A DNA stretch of 64,000 bases from an uncultured delta proteobacterium (GCA_963727485.1 CAVSGM010000002.1:1696001-1760000), one strand, 5' to 3'. Shown: positions 18,005-29,181, counted from the stretch's first letter. Translations and numbers: made by a program. Notes: a model not told the origin generated them from the sequence alone.

Positions 18005-19096
18005 ATGCGCCATCGGCAAATGGTCCCGGGGGACGGGGTCCCAGCCGCCGATCGCCACGCCCGCGCCCGCGCGGCGATGGTGGCCCTCCTCCGCGCCCGG
18101 GGCGTGGGCGACCCGGCGGTGCTCGCGGCGATGAGCGCCGTGCCCCGGCACCGCTTCGTGGACCCGGCGCAATCCGACGCCGCCTACGCCGACACCCCCC
18201 TGCCCATCGGCCACGGCCAGACCATCAGCCAGCCGGAGATGGTGGCGGTGATGCTCGAGGCCCTCGGCCTCACCGGCGACGAGCACGTCCTCGAGGTGGG
18301 CACCGGGTCGGGCTACCAGGCGGCGCTCCTGGGGCAGCTGGCGCGGGACGTGGTCACCGTGGAGATCGTCCCCGAGCTCGCCGCGCGCGCCCGGGAGGCC
18401 CTCGCCGCCACCGGCGCCGACAACGTCAGAGTCCACCTCGGCGACGGGAGCCTCGGCTGGCCCGCTGGCGCCCCCTACGACGCCATCGTGGTCGCCGCCG
18501 CCGCCCCCCGGGTGCCGGCGCCCCTGGTGGACCAGCTCGCCGACGGCGGCCGCCTGGTCCTCCCGGTGGCCCAGTCCCTCACCCGGGTCACCCGCCACGG
18601 CGACGCCGTCGACGAGGTCCGCCTCGGGGGGTGCGCCTTCGTGCCCCTGGTCGGCGCGCAGGGGTGGATCGCCGGCGGCGACGGGCCCACCTGGAGCCAC
18701 TTCGAGCACGGCGCCGACGTCGGCATCCGCGGCCGGGGCGCCACCGTCGCCGAGGCCTTCGAGGCGGCGGCCCTGGCCCTGACCGCGGTCCTGGTCCCCC
18801 CGGCGGAGGTGGTCCCCCGGGAGGAGGTGGCCTTCGCCTGCGAGGCCCCGGACCAGGACACCCTCCTCTACGACTTCCTCTCCCAGGTGGTCTACGAGAT
18901 GGCGACCCGGGGGATGGTCTTCGGTCGCTACCAGGTCGAGGTCGAGGGCCCTCGCCTCACCGCGCGGGCCTTCGGGGAGCCGGTGGACCGCCTGCGGCAC
19001 CGGCCCACCGTCGAGGTCAAGGGCCCCACCTACACCGAGCTGAGGGTCACCGAGGACGACGCCGGGGTCACCGCCCAGTGCGTCGTCGACGTCTGA
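18005..19096 (+). CDS. pcm: Protein-L-isoaspartate O-methyltransferase fused to archease
   Basis: PIMT 'VPRHRFV..AY.D.PLPIG.GQTISQP', 'VLEVGTGSGYQAA', 'FVPLVG'; archease 'HFEHGADVGI...EVKGPTY..L......AQCVVDV*' in one frame. Confidence 0.88.
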   Translation: MRHRQMVPGDGVPAADRHARARAAMVALLRARGVGDPAVLAAMSAVPRHRFVDPAQSDAAYADTPLPIGHGQTISQPEMVAVMLEALGLTGDEHVLEVGTGSGYQAALLGQLARDVVTVEIVPELAARAREALAATGADNVRVHLGDGSLGWPAGAPYDAIVVAAAAPRVPAPLVDQLADGGRLVLPVAQSLTRVTRHGDAVDEVRLGGCAFVPLVGAQGWIAGGDGPTWSHFEHGADVGIRGRGATVAEAFEAAALALTAVLVPPAEVVPREEVAFACEAPDQDTLLYDFLSQVVYEMATRGMVFGRYQVEVEGPRLTARAFGEPVDRLRHRPTVEVKGPTYTELRVTEDDAGVTAQCVVDV

Positions 19097-19112
19097 CCCG
19101 GGAGCGGGGACC

Positions 19113-20544
<1,432 letters not shown>

Positions 20545-20549
20545 GGGCC

Positions 20550-22358
20550 ATGGCGAAGCGACGCAGACGGATCACCAACGCCGAGGTGGGCGCGGCCCTC
20601 CGGGAGCTCTCGCAGTACCTGGAGATGGACGAGGTCGCCTTCAAGCCCCGGGCCTTCGAGAAGGCCGCCTACGCGGTGGAGGCCGAGGGCCAGCCGGTGC
20701 AGGCGCGCTACGCCGACGGGGGCGCCAAGGCGCTCGAGGCGATCCCCTCGGTGGGCGAGGGGATCGCCGAGCGCATCGCCGAGCTGCTCACCCGGGGCGA
20801 GATCGCCGACCTCGAGGCCTACCGGAAGAGGTGGCCGGTGGACCTCGCGGCGCTCACCCGGGTGGAGGGGGTCGGCCCCAAGACCGTGCGCACCCTGCAC
20901 GAGGCCCTGGGCATCCGGACCCTCGACGACCTCGCCCGGGCGGTGGCGGCCGAGGAGGTCCGCGGCGTGCCGGGCTTCGGGGCGAAGAGCGAGCAGAAGA
21001 TCCAGGACGGCCTCGAGCTCGCCCGGGCCGCCGCCGGGCGCACCCCGCTGGGCCAGGTGCTCGAGCAGGCGGGGGCCATCGAGCAGCGCCTGGCCCAGGT
21101 GAAGGGCGTCGCCCGGGCCGAGGTCGCCGGGTCCATCCGCCGGCGCCGGGAGACGGTGGGCGACATGGACATCCTGGTGTGCGCCGCCGATCCCGGGCCG
21201 GTGACCGAGGCCTTCGCCACCATGCCCGAGGTGGTCCACGTCCACGGCCGGGGCGAGACCAAGACCTCGGTGCGCTTGGGCCGGGGCCTCGACTGCGATC
21301 TGCGGGTGGTGCCGGCCGAGAGCTTCGGGGCGGCGCTCCAGTACTTCACCGGGAGCAAGGCCCACAACGTCGCCCTGCGCAAGCGGGCGCAGAAGCGCGG
21401 GTGGAAGCTCTCGGAGTACGGCCTCTTCGAGGGGAGCACGCGCCTCGCCGGGCGCACCGAGGCCGAGATCTACCAGAAGCTCGGCCTGGCCTGGGTGCCC
21501 CCGGAGCTCCGGGAGGACCGCGGGGAGCTCGAGGCCGCCGAGCACGACGCCCTGCCCCGGCTCATCGAGCCCGGCGACCTCGAGGGCGACCTCCAGGTCC
21601 ACACCACCTGGACCGACGGATCGGCCTCGGTGGAGAAGATGGCCCAGGCCGCCCGGGACCTGGGGCGGACCTACCTGGTGATCACCGACCACACCCGGGA
21701 CCTGACCATGGTCGGGGGCCTCGACGAGGCGGGGCTCCGCCGGCAGATCGCCGAGATCCGCAAGGTGGACGCGCGCCTCGACGGCATCCGGGTGCTCGCC
21801 GGCGCCGAGGTGAACATCCGCGAGGACGGAAGCCTCGACGTCGACGACGAGGTCCTCGCCGAGCTCGACGTGGTGGGCGCCGCGATCCACAGCCACTTCC
21901 GCCAGGGGCGCGCCGAGATGACCCGGCGGATCGTGAAGGCCCTGGAGAACCCGCACGTCGACCTCCTCCTCCACCCCACCGCCCGGGACCTGCGGCACCG
22001 GCGGCCGGTGGACCTCGACCTCGAGGCGGTGATCGAGGCGGCCCTGAAGACGGGCACCATCCTCGAGATCGACGCCCAGCCCGATCGCCTCGACCTCCCC
22101 GACGAGGCGGTGCGCCAGGCCGTGGCCGCCGGGTGCCTGGTGGCCATCGACTCCGACGCCCACGCCCCCGAGGAGCTGCGCTACCCGGAGGTCTTCGGGA
22201 TCCCGGTGGCGAGGCGGGGGTGGGCGACGCCGGACGACGTGGTGAACACCCTCGCCCTCGAGGACCTCCTCGCGGCCCTGAAGGGCGGGGGGAGGCGGCG
22301 GCGGGCGAGGAACAAGCGCGGGAAGCGCCAGGGCGGTCGCGTCGAGGCGCACCGCTGA
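20550..22358 (+). CDS. polX: DNA polymerase X with C-terminal PHP nuclease domain
   Basis: HhH motifs, 'AGSIRRRRETVGDMDIL', 'YFTGSKAHN', PHP 'GDLQVHT..TDG', 'ITDH', 'SDAH'. Confidence 0.93.
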   Translation: MAKRRRRITNAEVGAALRELSQYLEMDEVAFKPRAFEKAAYAVEAEGQPVQARYADGGAKALEAIPSVGEGIAERIAELLTRGEIADLEAYRKRWPVDLAALTRVEGVGPKTVRTLHEALGIRTLDDLARAVAAEEVRGVPGFGAKSEQKIQDGLELARAAAGRTPLGQVLEQAGAIEQRLAQVKGVARAEVAGSIRRRRETVGDMDILVCAADPGPVTEAFATMPEVVHVHGRGETKTSVRLGRGLDCDLRVVPAESFGAALQYFTGSKAHNVALRKRAQKRGWKLSEYGLFEGSTRLAGRTEAEIYQKLGLAWVPPELREDRGELEAAEHDALPRLIEPGDLEGDLQVHTTWTDGSASVEKMAQAARDLGRTYLVITDHTRDLTMVGGLDEAGLRRQIAEIRKVDARLDGIRVLAGAEVNIREDGSLDVDDEVLAELDVVGAAIHSHFRQGRAEMTRRIVKALENPHVDLLLHPTARDLRHRRPVDLDLEAVIEAALKTGTILEIDAQPDRLDLPDEAVRQAVAAGCLVAIDSDAHAPEELRYPEVFGIPVARRGWATPDDVVNTLALEDLLAALKGGGRRRRARNKRGKRQGGRVEAHR

Positions 22359-22369
22359 AGGAGACGACG

Positions 22370-23197
22370 ATGAAGGTCCACGAGGTGATGACGCGCCGGG
22401 TGGTGACCATCCCCGCCGAGGCGGTGGTGGCCCAGGCCCTGGAGAAGCAGTGGTTCGCCGGAATCCGCCACCTCCCGGTGACGCGCGGGGGCGAGGTGGT
22501 GGGCGTGGTCGACCGCGCGGCGCTCCTCCGGCGGCTCACCGTCGGCGGCGGCCGCGCCGAGCTCACCGCGCCGGTGGGGGAGGTGATGCAGGCCCTGGTC
22601 GCCACCGCCCGCCCCGACGAGGACGTGGAGGTGGTGGCCCGGCGCCTGGTGACCCGGGGCCTCGGGTGCCTGCCGGTCCTCGACGGCGCCGACCTGGTGG
22701 GCATCGTGACCGTGAGCGATTTCCTCGGCCGCTTCCTCCCCGCGCCCGCCGCCGAGGGCCGGGGCCCCAAGGTGACCGAGGTGATGCACCGGGATCCGTT
22801 GGTGGCCCATCCGGACGACCACCTCCTCGACGCGGTGGCCAAGATGTCGAAGAACCAGGTGCGCCACCTCCCGGTGGTCGACGGCGAGGGGAAGCTGGTG
22901 GGCCTGCTCACCGATCGCGACGCCCGGACCGCGGTGGGCGACCCGGTCCGCGCCCTCTTCGACGCCACGCCCCGGGCGGTGATCGAGGCCCTGCCGGTGT
23001 CGGCGGTGATGACCCGGGAGGTGCTCACCGTGGACCCGGACGCCCGGCTCTCGGCGGTGGTCTTCGCCCTGACCAGCTGGCGGGTGGGGGCGGTGCCGGT
23101 GGTCGATGCGGACGGGCGGCTCCTCGGCATCGTCTCCTACGTCGACGTGCTCCACCACGTGCGCCTCACCCCGGCGGCGCCCGAGGCCCGGGCCTAG
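22370..23197 (+). CDS. Protein with two CBS pairs
   Basis: Repeated 'IRHLPV', 'VRHLPVVD', 'GAVPVVD' CBS motifs; AAGGAG RBS. Confidence 0.88.
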   Translation: MKVHEVMTRRVVTIPAEAVVAQALEKQWFAGIRHLPVTRGGEVVGVVDRAALLRRLTVGGGRAELTAPVGEVMQALVATARPDEDVEVVARRLVTRGLGCLPVLDGADLVGIVTVSDFLGRFLPAPAAEGRGPKVTEVMHRDPLVAHPDDHLLDAVAKMSKNQVRHLPVVDGEGKLVGLLTDRDARTAVGDPVRALFDATPRAVIEALPVSAVMTREVLTVDPDARLSAVVFALTSWRVGAVPVVDADGRLLGIVSYVDVLHHVRLTPAAPEARA

Positions 23198-23211
23198 CGC
23201 CGGCCCCCCGG

Positions 23212-24420
23212 CTAGAGCACCAGCAGCGGGGCGTCGAGGATCCCGGCCCAGAGGCTCGGGAGATCGGCCAGGAGCGATCGGGCCACGTCCTCGGCGGCGG
23301 CGACCACCCGGTGGGGGTCGGCGCCCTCGGCCTCGCGCACCCGGAGGTGGAGGAGCTGGGGGGTGTCCACGGGCTGGCCGATGCGGCTGACCAGCACGCA
23401 GCTCGCCTCGGCGATCCCCGGGACCCGCTCCACCAGCTGGTGGGCCATCCGCCCGGCGGCGACGTTGTAGATCTTGCCCACGTGGCTCACCGGGTTCTTC
23501 CCGGCCACCGACTCCAGGGTCATGGGCCGGTAGGGGGTGATGAGGCCCCCGGCGCGGTTGCCCCGCCCCGCCTCGCCGTCGTCGCCGGCCTCCGCCGAGG
23601 TGCCGGTGACGGTGAGGAAGACCGACCCGGTCGACAGGTCGTCGGCGGCGTTCACCGTCGCCGCCACCTTCCCCTCGAGGACCCCGCCGGCGAGGGTGTC
23701 GACCCAGGCCACCAGGTCGTCCCGGCGCCGCCGGTAGTCGGCGAGGTCGGCGAGCCACCGGTCCACGAACGCGACGGCGACGGTGAGCTCGACGGCGTCG
23801 CCCTGGCGCACGGCCATCAGCTTGGTGTCCTCGCCGAGCTCCGGGTGGGCGGCCCGGGTCTCGGGGGCGGTGAGGGTCTCGCCGATGCGGCGCACCGCCC
23901 GCTCCAGGGGCGAGTGGGGGAAGAAGCCGACGCCGATGGAGGTGTCGCCCGCGAGCAGGCGCCCGGTGTCCGCGGCCCGGAGGAAGAGGTCGACGAGGTC
24001 GGCGGAGCCGGGCCGCAGCCGCACCTCCACCCGGACCTGCGCCTCGGGGTCGAGGGCGTGGAGGTGCTCGGAGAGCCAGGCCCGGGTGGCGGCCTCGGCG
24101 AGCTCGGCGACGGGGATGGGCTCGCCCTTGGCCTCGAAGGTGGCGCGGCCGGCGAGGACCACGGTCATGGGCTCGAGGATCTCGCCGCCCCCAAACGCCG
24201 GGCGGCTCCGCCCGCCGACCAGCAGCACCTTGTCCACGTTGTGGTGCAGCACGGTGCCGAAGCGGGCGAGGTAGTGGCGCGAGAGGGCCCGGCTCACCGC
24301 CTCGGCGATGCCGTCGCAGAGTGTGTCCGGGTGCCCGAGGCCCTTGCGCTCGACCACCTCCACCGGGCCGTCGCCGGGCGGCGGCGCCGGATCGCGTCCG
24401 ACGACCAGGGATGTGTCCAT
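23212..24420 (-). CDS. mat: Archaeal-type S-adenosylmethionine synthetase
   Basis: 'EVVERKGLGHPDTLCD', 'HHNVDK', 'GEDTKLM', 'TGTSAEAGDDG..GRGNR', 'AGKNPVSHVGKIYN'. Confidence 0.92.
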   Translation of the reverse strand: MDTSLVVGRDPAPPPGDGPVEVVERKGLGHPDTLCDGIAEAVSRALSRHYLARFGTVLHHNVDKVLLVGGRSRPAFGGGEILEPMTVVLAGRATFEAKGEPIPVAELAEAATRAWLSEHLHALDPEAQVRVEVRLRPGSADLVDLFLRAADTGRLLAGDTSIGVGFFPHSPLERAVRRIGETLTAPETRAAHPELGEDTKLMAVRQGDAVELTVAVAFVDRWLADLADYRRRRDDLVAWVDTLAGGVLEGKVAATVNAADDLSTGSVFLTVTGTSAEAGDDGEAGRGNRAGGLITPYRPMTLESVAGKNPVSHVGKIYNVAAGRMAHQLVERVPGIAEASCVLVSRIGQPVDTPQLLHLRVREAEGADPHRVVAAAEDVARSLLADLPSLWAGILDAPLLVL

Positions 24421-24487
24421 GGCTTCCCCCTTGGGCGGGAAGCTAGGACGTGTCCGGGGCCGGCGCCCGATCGGACTGGCGCGGTGG

Positions 24488-25231
24488 CTAGCGCCCCGGG
24501 GCCTCTGCCGGCGGGGGCGCCACCCTGGCCGAGGCCCGGAGGACCGCCGCCGGGAGCCGCGGGTGGAGGGTGAGCCCCCCGGCGCCGGAGAGCATCAGCT
24601 CGTAGACCTGGCCTTCGACCACCTTCACGTGGGGGGCCTCGCCCTCGGCGACCCGCACCCCCGCCTTCGCCGCCGCCGCCGGGTCGTTGGCGAGCCGCCA
24701 GAAGCGCTCCCAGATCGACCGCTGGAAGGCGTCGGGCCCGCCGTCGACCCGGTCCACCTCGGGGACCACCTCCCCGTCGCTCGCGCGCCACAGGGGCGGG
24801 CCGTCGGCGGGCTTCGACTGGTCGGAGAAGGCCCGGCGGAAGAGCAGCAGCCCGTGACCCTTGAGCCCGTCGCCGGCCTCCACGAAGCGCCGGTCGAAGC
24901 GCACCACCCAGGCGTCGACGTAGACCTCGGTGCCCGGGAGGGTGAAGCGCCGGGTGAAGATTGCCTGCTGGGTCCCCGGGGCGTACTGCACGAAGGTCAG
25001 GGCCATGGTGGCCTTGCCGGTCGCCGGGTCCCGGGCGACGGAGTCCACCTTGAGGTCGGCGACGAGCTGGGTGGACCACACCCGGTCGAGGCGGGCCTCG
25101 AGGGTCTCGATGAGCTGGCGCTGGGCCTCGAGCTTCCGCTCGGTGTCGAAGTGCTGCCACCCGAGCCACGCCCCCACGCCGGCGCCGGCGAGGAGGGCCA
25201 CCGCGAGGAGGCTGCCGACGATCCGTCCCAT
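24488..25231 (-). CDS. Membrane-anchored hypothetical protein
   Basis: N-terminal TM, coiled coil, typical codon bias. Confidence 0.7.
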   Translation of the reverse strand: MGRIVGSLLAVALLAGAGVGAWLGWQHFDTERKLEAQRQLIETLEARLDRVWSTQLVADLKVDSVARDPATGKATMALTFVQYAPGTQQAIFTRRFTLPGTEVYVDAWVVRFDRRFVEAGDGLKGHGLLLFRRAFSDQSKPADGPPLWRASDGEVVPEVDRVDGGPDAFQRSIWERFWRLANDPAAAAKAGVRVAEGEAPHVKVVEGQVYELMLSGAGGLTLHPRLPAAVLRASARVAPPPAEAPGR

Positions 25232-25273
25232 GCCGGGAGCCTACCCGATCCCGGCGCCCTATACTTGCGAGGC

Positions 25274-26449
25274 ATGAAACCACGCGATCCCGCGACCCTC
25301 GCGGTCCACGCCGGGGAGGCCCCGGATCCCGCCACCGGCGCCCTCGATCCGCCGGTGGTCCTCGCCAGCGCCTTCGCCTTCCCCACCGCCGAGGACGCCG
25401 CCGCGCGCTTCGCCGGCCGGGCCGAGGGCTACATCTACAGCCGGTGGAAGAACCCCACCGTCGAGGTCCTCGAGGGGAAGGTCGCCGCCCTCGAGGGGGC
25501 CGAGGCGGCGGTGGCCACCGCCAGCGGCATGGCGGCGGTCCACGGGGCCATCTCCAGCCTGGTGGCCTCGGGGGATCACGTCGTCGCCCCCCGGAGCCTC
25601 TACGCCGAGACCGCGCGGATGCTCCAGGCGCGCCTCGGCCGCTTCGACGTGGACACCACCTTCGTGGACTTCGCCGACCTCGAGGCGGTGCGGGCGGCGG
25701 TGCGCCCGCGGACCCGGATCCTCTTCGCCGAGACCCCGGCGAACCCGACCCTCTCCATCACCGACCTCGAGGCGGTCGCCAAGATCGCCCACGACGCCGG
25801 GGCCTGGTGCCTGGTGGACAACACCTTCGCCACGCCCTACCACCAGAACCCGATCGCCCTCGGCGCCGACCTGGTGATCCACGCGGCCACCAAGGCGCTG
25901 TGCGGCCACGGCGACGCGGTGGGGGGCGTGGTCGCCGGCGAGGCCGAGCTGGTGGATTGGGTGCGCGACGAGACGGTGCGGCAGGTGGGCGCGGCGATGG
26001 CGCCGCTCACCGCCTGGATCATCACCCGGGGGATCCGCACCCTGGCGCTGCGGGCGACCTGGTCGGCCCGGAGCGCCATGGCCCTGGCCGAGCGCCTCGA
26101 GGGGGACGGGCGCATCGCCCGGGTCTGGTACCCGGGGCTCCCAGGTCACCCGGGCCACGCCATCGCCCGGCGGCAGATGCGCCGGGGCTACGGGTCGGTG
26201 CTGTCCTTCGAGCTCGAAGGCGGCCTCGAGGCCGGGCGCAGGCTCCACGACCGGGTCGAGGTGATCACCCGGGCGGTGAGCCTCGGGGACACCCGGAGCC
26301 TGCTCACCCACCCGGCGACCACCACCCACGCCTCCATGAGCGAGGCGGCCCGGGCCGAGGCGGGGATCCCCGAGGGGCTGGTGCGCCTGGCGGTGGGCAT
26401 CGAGGACCTCTCGGACCTGTGGGACGACCTCGACCGGGCCCTGGGGTGA
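25274..26449 (+). CDS. PLP-dependent trans-sulfuration enzyme (methionine gamma-lyase / sulfhydrylase family)
   Basis: 'YIYSRW.NPT', 'ASGMAA', 'ETPANPT', 'VDNTFATP', 'HAATK', 'AVSLGD..SL..HP'. Confidence 0.9.
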   Translation: MKPRDPATLAVHAGEAPDPATGALDPPVVLASAFAFPTAEDAAARFAGRAEGYIYSRWKNPTVEVLEGKVAALEGAEAAVATASGMAAVHGAISSLVASGDHVVAPRSLYAETARMLQARLGRFDVDTTFVDFADLEAVRAAVRPRTRILFAETPANPTLSITDLEAVAKIAHDAGAWCLVDNTFATPYHQNPIALGADLVIHAATKALCGHGDAVGGVVAGEAELVDWVRDETVRQVGAAMAPLTAWIITRGIRTLALRATWSARSAMALAERLEGDGRIARVWYPGLPGHPGHAIARRQMRRGYGSVLSFELEGGLEAGRRLHDRVEVITRAVSLGDTRSLLTHPATTTHASMSEAARAEAGIPEGLVRLAVGIEDLSDLWDDLDRALG

Positions 26450-26467
26450 TGTGCTAACAACCGGTCC

Positions 26468-27442
26468 ATGGACACCCTGAACGTCGCCCTGGTGGGCCCC
26501 GGCGGGATCGCCGATCGCGCCTTCGGTCCCGCCCTCGCCCACGTCCCCGGGATGCAGCTGTGGAGCGTGTGCTCCCGGAGCCTGGAGCGGGCCGCCGCCT
26601 TCGCCACCCGTCACGGCGCCGCCTCGCCCACCCCGGCCTACGACGACCTCGACGCGCTGCTCGCCGACCCCGACCTCCACGCGGTGATCCTCGCCACCCC
26701 CGACGGCCTCCACGGCGCCGAGGGCCTGAAGGTCGCCGCCGCCGGGAAGCACCTGCTGGTGGAGAAGCCGATGGTCACCTCGCGCGCCGACGGCGAGGCC
26801 CTGGTGGCGGCCTGCGCCGAGCACGACGTACGCCTCGGGGTCGCCTACCACCTGCGCTGGCACGCCGGTCACCGCCGCCTCCACCACGCGGTGCAGCAGG
26901 GCGCCCTCGGCGAGCTGCGCCACCTGCGGGTGCAGTGGACCTTCCGGGCGGCGAGCGACGAGAACTGGCGCGCCCACGACGCGGTGGGCCGCTGGTGGAG
27001 CCTCGCCGGGGTGGGGACCCACTGCCTCAATCTGGCGCGCTGGTTCCTCCGGCCCACCCAGGGCGAGGTGGTGGAGCTGTCCTCGGTCATCTCCCGGGAG
27101 GTGTTCCACGGGCCCCACGACGAGACCGCGGTCCTGGCCCTGCGCTTCGAGGGCGGGGCCACCGCCGAGGTGGTCAGCTCGGTGCTCTTCGACGCCACCC
27201 CGCGGGTGGAGCTCTTCGGGAGCCAGGGGAGCGCGGTGTGCAAGGGGACGCTGGGGCCCCACGGCTCGGGGCAGATCCGGCTCTCGGGCCGGCCCTTCGA
27301 GTACACGCCCCGGGACCCCTACGAGGGCGAGCTCGCCGACTTCGCCGACGCCATCCGCCGGGGCCGGGACCCGGAGGTCGACGGCCTCGAGGGGCTGAAG
27401 AACGTGGCGCTGCTCCTGGCGGCGGTGGGCGACGGGGTGTGA
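26468..27442 (+). CDS. Gfo/Idh/MocA oxidoreductase
   Basis: 'VALVGPGGIA', 'ATPDGLH', 'GKHLLVEKPM'. Confidence 0.9.
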   Translation: MDTLNVALVGPGGIADRAFGPALAHVPGMQLWSVCSRSLERAAAFATRHGAASPTPAYDDLDALLADPDLHAVILATPDGLHGAEGLKVAAAGKHLLVEKPMVTSRADGEALVAACAEHDVRLGVAYHLRWHAGHRRLHHAVQQGALGELRHLRVQWTFRAASDENWRAHDAVGRWWSLAGVGTHCLNLARWFLRPTQGEVVELSSVISREVFHGPHDETAVLALRFEGGATAEVVSSVLFDATPRVELFGSQGSAVCKGTLGPHGSGQIRLSGRPFEYTPRDPYEGELADFADAIRRGRDPEVDGLEGLKNVALLLAAVGDGV

Positions 27443-27519
27443 GGAGGGGCGACCTGCGCCCACCCCACCCTTGACAGTGGACCGGGGCCCTGCCCACGAT
27501 CCGCGCGGGGGAGCACCTC

Positions 27520-29022
27520 ATGGCACTCGACCGGTTGGGCCCCGCCTGGGCCGCGCTCCAGACCGAGCTTCGCGCCCGGGTCCGCGCCCTGGTGGTGGAT
27601 GACGAAGCGGTGGTCCGGGAGCTGTTGACCAGCGTCCTGGAGATGTCCGGCTACACCGCCGAGTCGGTGGAGACGGCGGAGGCGGCCCTGGAGGCGGTGC
27701 GGGCCGGGCGCTTCGACCTGCTGGTCACCGACAAGAACCTCCCCGGCCACGACGGGGTCGACCTCATCGCCCAGCTCCGGGCCGAGGGCTTCGACCTCCC
27801 GGCGGTGCTGGTCACCGGCTATCCCTCGCCGGAGACGATCTCCGCGGCGCTGGCCCGGGGGGCCGCCGACTACATCACCAAGCCCTTCGACGACGTGGGG
27901 CACGTGCAGAAGCGCATCGAGTCGGTGGTGGAGCAGCACCGGGCGGGGATCCTCTTCGACCGCATCGTCCAGGACCTCAAGGACGTGGTCGCCGCCGAGG
28001 GCGCCGGGGCCGAGGTGATCGGCCAGGTGGCCCGGGCGCTCTTCGCCTTCAAGCAGGCCCTGGCGGCGCGCCCGGACGTGCTGGTGGTCGAGCCCGACCC
28101 GCGCCTGGCGCGCCTCACCAGCCTCTTTCTCGGGGGCGCCGGCCTCAAGGTGGTGCGCCCCTCGGAGGTGCGCTCGGTGCGCGCCTGGGTCGAGGCCGCC
28201 GACGGACCGCTCTCGGTGTTTCTCTCCCTCGACGTCCCCGACGCGGTGGACCTGGTGCGCGACCTCGCCCACCGGGACCTGGAGGTGGAGATCGTGGTCA
28301 GCGGCCGGGCCTCCCAGCCCGACGAGGCCATCGAGGCGGTGGCCGCCGGGGCCAGCGACTTCGTCCTCGGGGCCCAGGAGGGCCTGGACCTGCTGGCCGC
28401 CCGGGTGAAGCGCGCCGCGGCCCGCGCCCGCAAGCACCGCCTCTACCTCCACCTCCTGGCCACCCTCTACCAGGCGGGGCAGTCCCTGGGGACCGACGTC
28501 GCCGAGCGCCTCGCCTCGGTGGTCCCCGAGTCCCAGCGGCCCCACCTCGCGGCGCTGGCCGAGCCGGCGGGGGCGCTCCCGGAGGAGGACGTCGATCTCG
28601 ACGACCTCTTCGAGGACGAGAGCCCGGACCTGCGCCTCGACATCGACGTGGCGCCCATGGCCGAGGCCGCCCGCGGCGCCGACGCCTTCGCCGGCGCCGG
28701 CGCCGAGCGGGTCCGCGTCGGCGAGCAGATCGCCTTCGGGATCGACACCCTCGACCCCAGCCGCACGGTGCAGGTGCCCCTCACCGACCTCCTGCGCGTC
28801 TACGCCACCCTCGGCGAGCTCATCCGCTTCTTCCACGAGCCGGCCCACTTCGCCGACGCCGAGCGGGTGCGCGCCTTCATCGGCGACGCCCAGAGCGGCG
28901 CCCTGGCGGCGATGGTGCGCAGCTACTACGAGGACCTCCGGGCGGTGCTCCCGCCCGACGTGGTGCGGGACCTCGACGCCGGGCGCTTCGACCATCCGCG
29001 GCGGCCCACGTACCTCCCGTAG
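27520..29022 (+). CDS. Multi-receiver response regulator without a recognisable DNA-binding domain
   Basis: REC1 'LVVDDE..VTDKNLPG..ITKPF'; degenerate REC2 'VLVVEPD..GASDFV'; acidic linker and unknown C-terminal domain. Confidence 0.8.
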   Translation: MALDRLGPAWAALQTELRARVRALVVDDEAVVRELLTSVLEMSGYTAESVETAEAALEAVRAGRFDLLVTDKNLPGHDGVDLIAQLRAEGFDLPAVLVTGYPSPETISAALARGAADYITKPFDDVGHVQKRIESVVEQHRAGILFDRIVQDLKDVVAAEGAGAEVIGQVARALFAFKQALAARPDVLVVEPDPRLARLTSLFLGGAGLKVVRPSEVRSVRAWVEAADGPLSVFLSLDVPDAVDLVRDLAHRDLEVEIVVSGRASQPDEAIEAVAAGASDFVLGAQEGLDLLAARVKRAAARARKHRLYLHLLATLYQAGQSLGTDVAERLASVVPESQRPHLAALAEPAGALPEEDVDLDDLFEDESPDLRLDIDVAPMAEAARGADAFAGAGAERVRVGEQIAFGIDTLDPSRTVQVPLTDLLRVYATLGELIRFFHEPAHFADAERVRAFIGDAQSGALAAMVRSYYEDLRAVLPPDVVRDLDAGRFDHPRRPTYLP

Positions 29023-29106
29023 GAGCGTCCGCGCCGCTGCCCTAGGAGCGTCCGCGCCGCTGCCCTAGGGGCGTCCGCGCCGCTGCCCTAGGGGCGTCCG
29101 CGCCGC
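29020..29106. repeat. 23-bp tandem repeat x3.8
   Basis: TAGG(A/G)GCGTCCGCGCCGCTGCCC at 29020, 29043, 29066, 29089 (partial). Confidence 0.95.
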
Positions 29107-29181
29107 GGCCCGGGGCCGGCTGTCCGGCTCCGACGGCGCAGACGCCGAGGTCGCCGGACAGCCGGCCCCGGGCCGCGGCGC
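29100..29181. repeat. Perfect 29-bp inverted repeat between convergent genes (REP-like or bidirectional terminator)
   Basis: GCGCCGCGGCCCGGGGCCGGCTGTCCGGC (29100-128) / exact reverse complement (29153-181). Confidence 0.9.

Noticed and set aside
29020..29106. Possible CRISPR array (23-bp repeats)
   Set aside because: The repeats are directly adjacent with no unique spacers, and there are no cas genes in the window.
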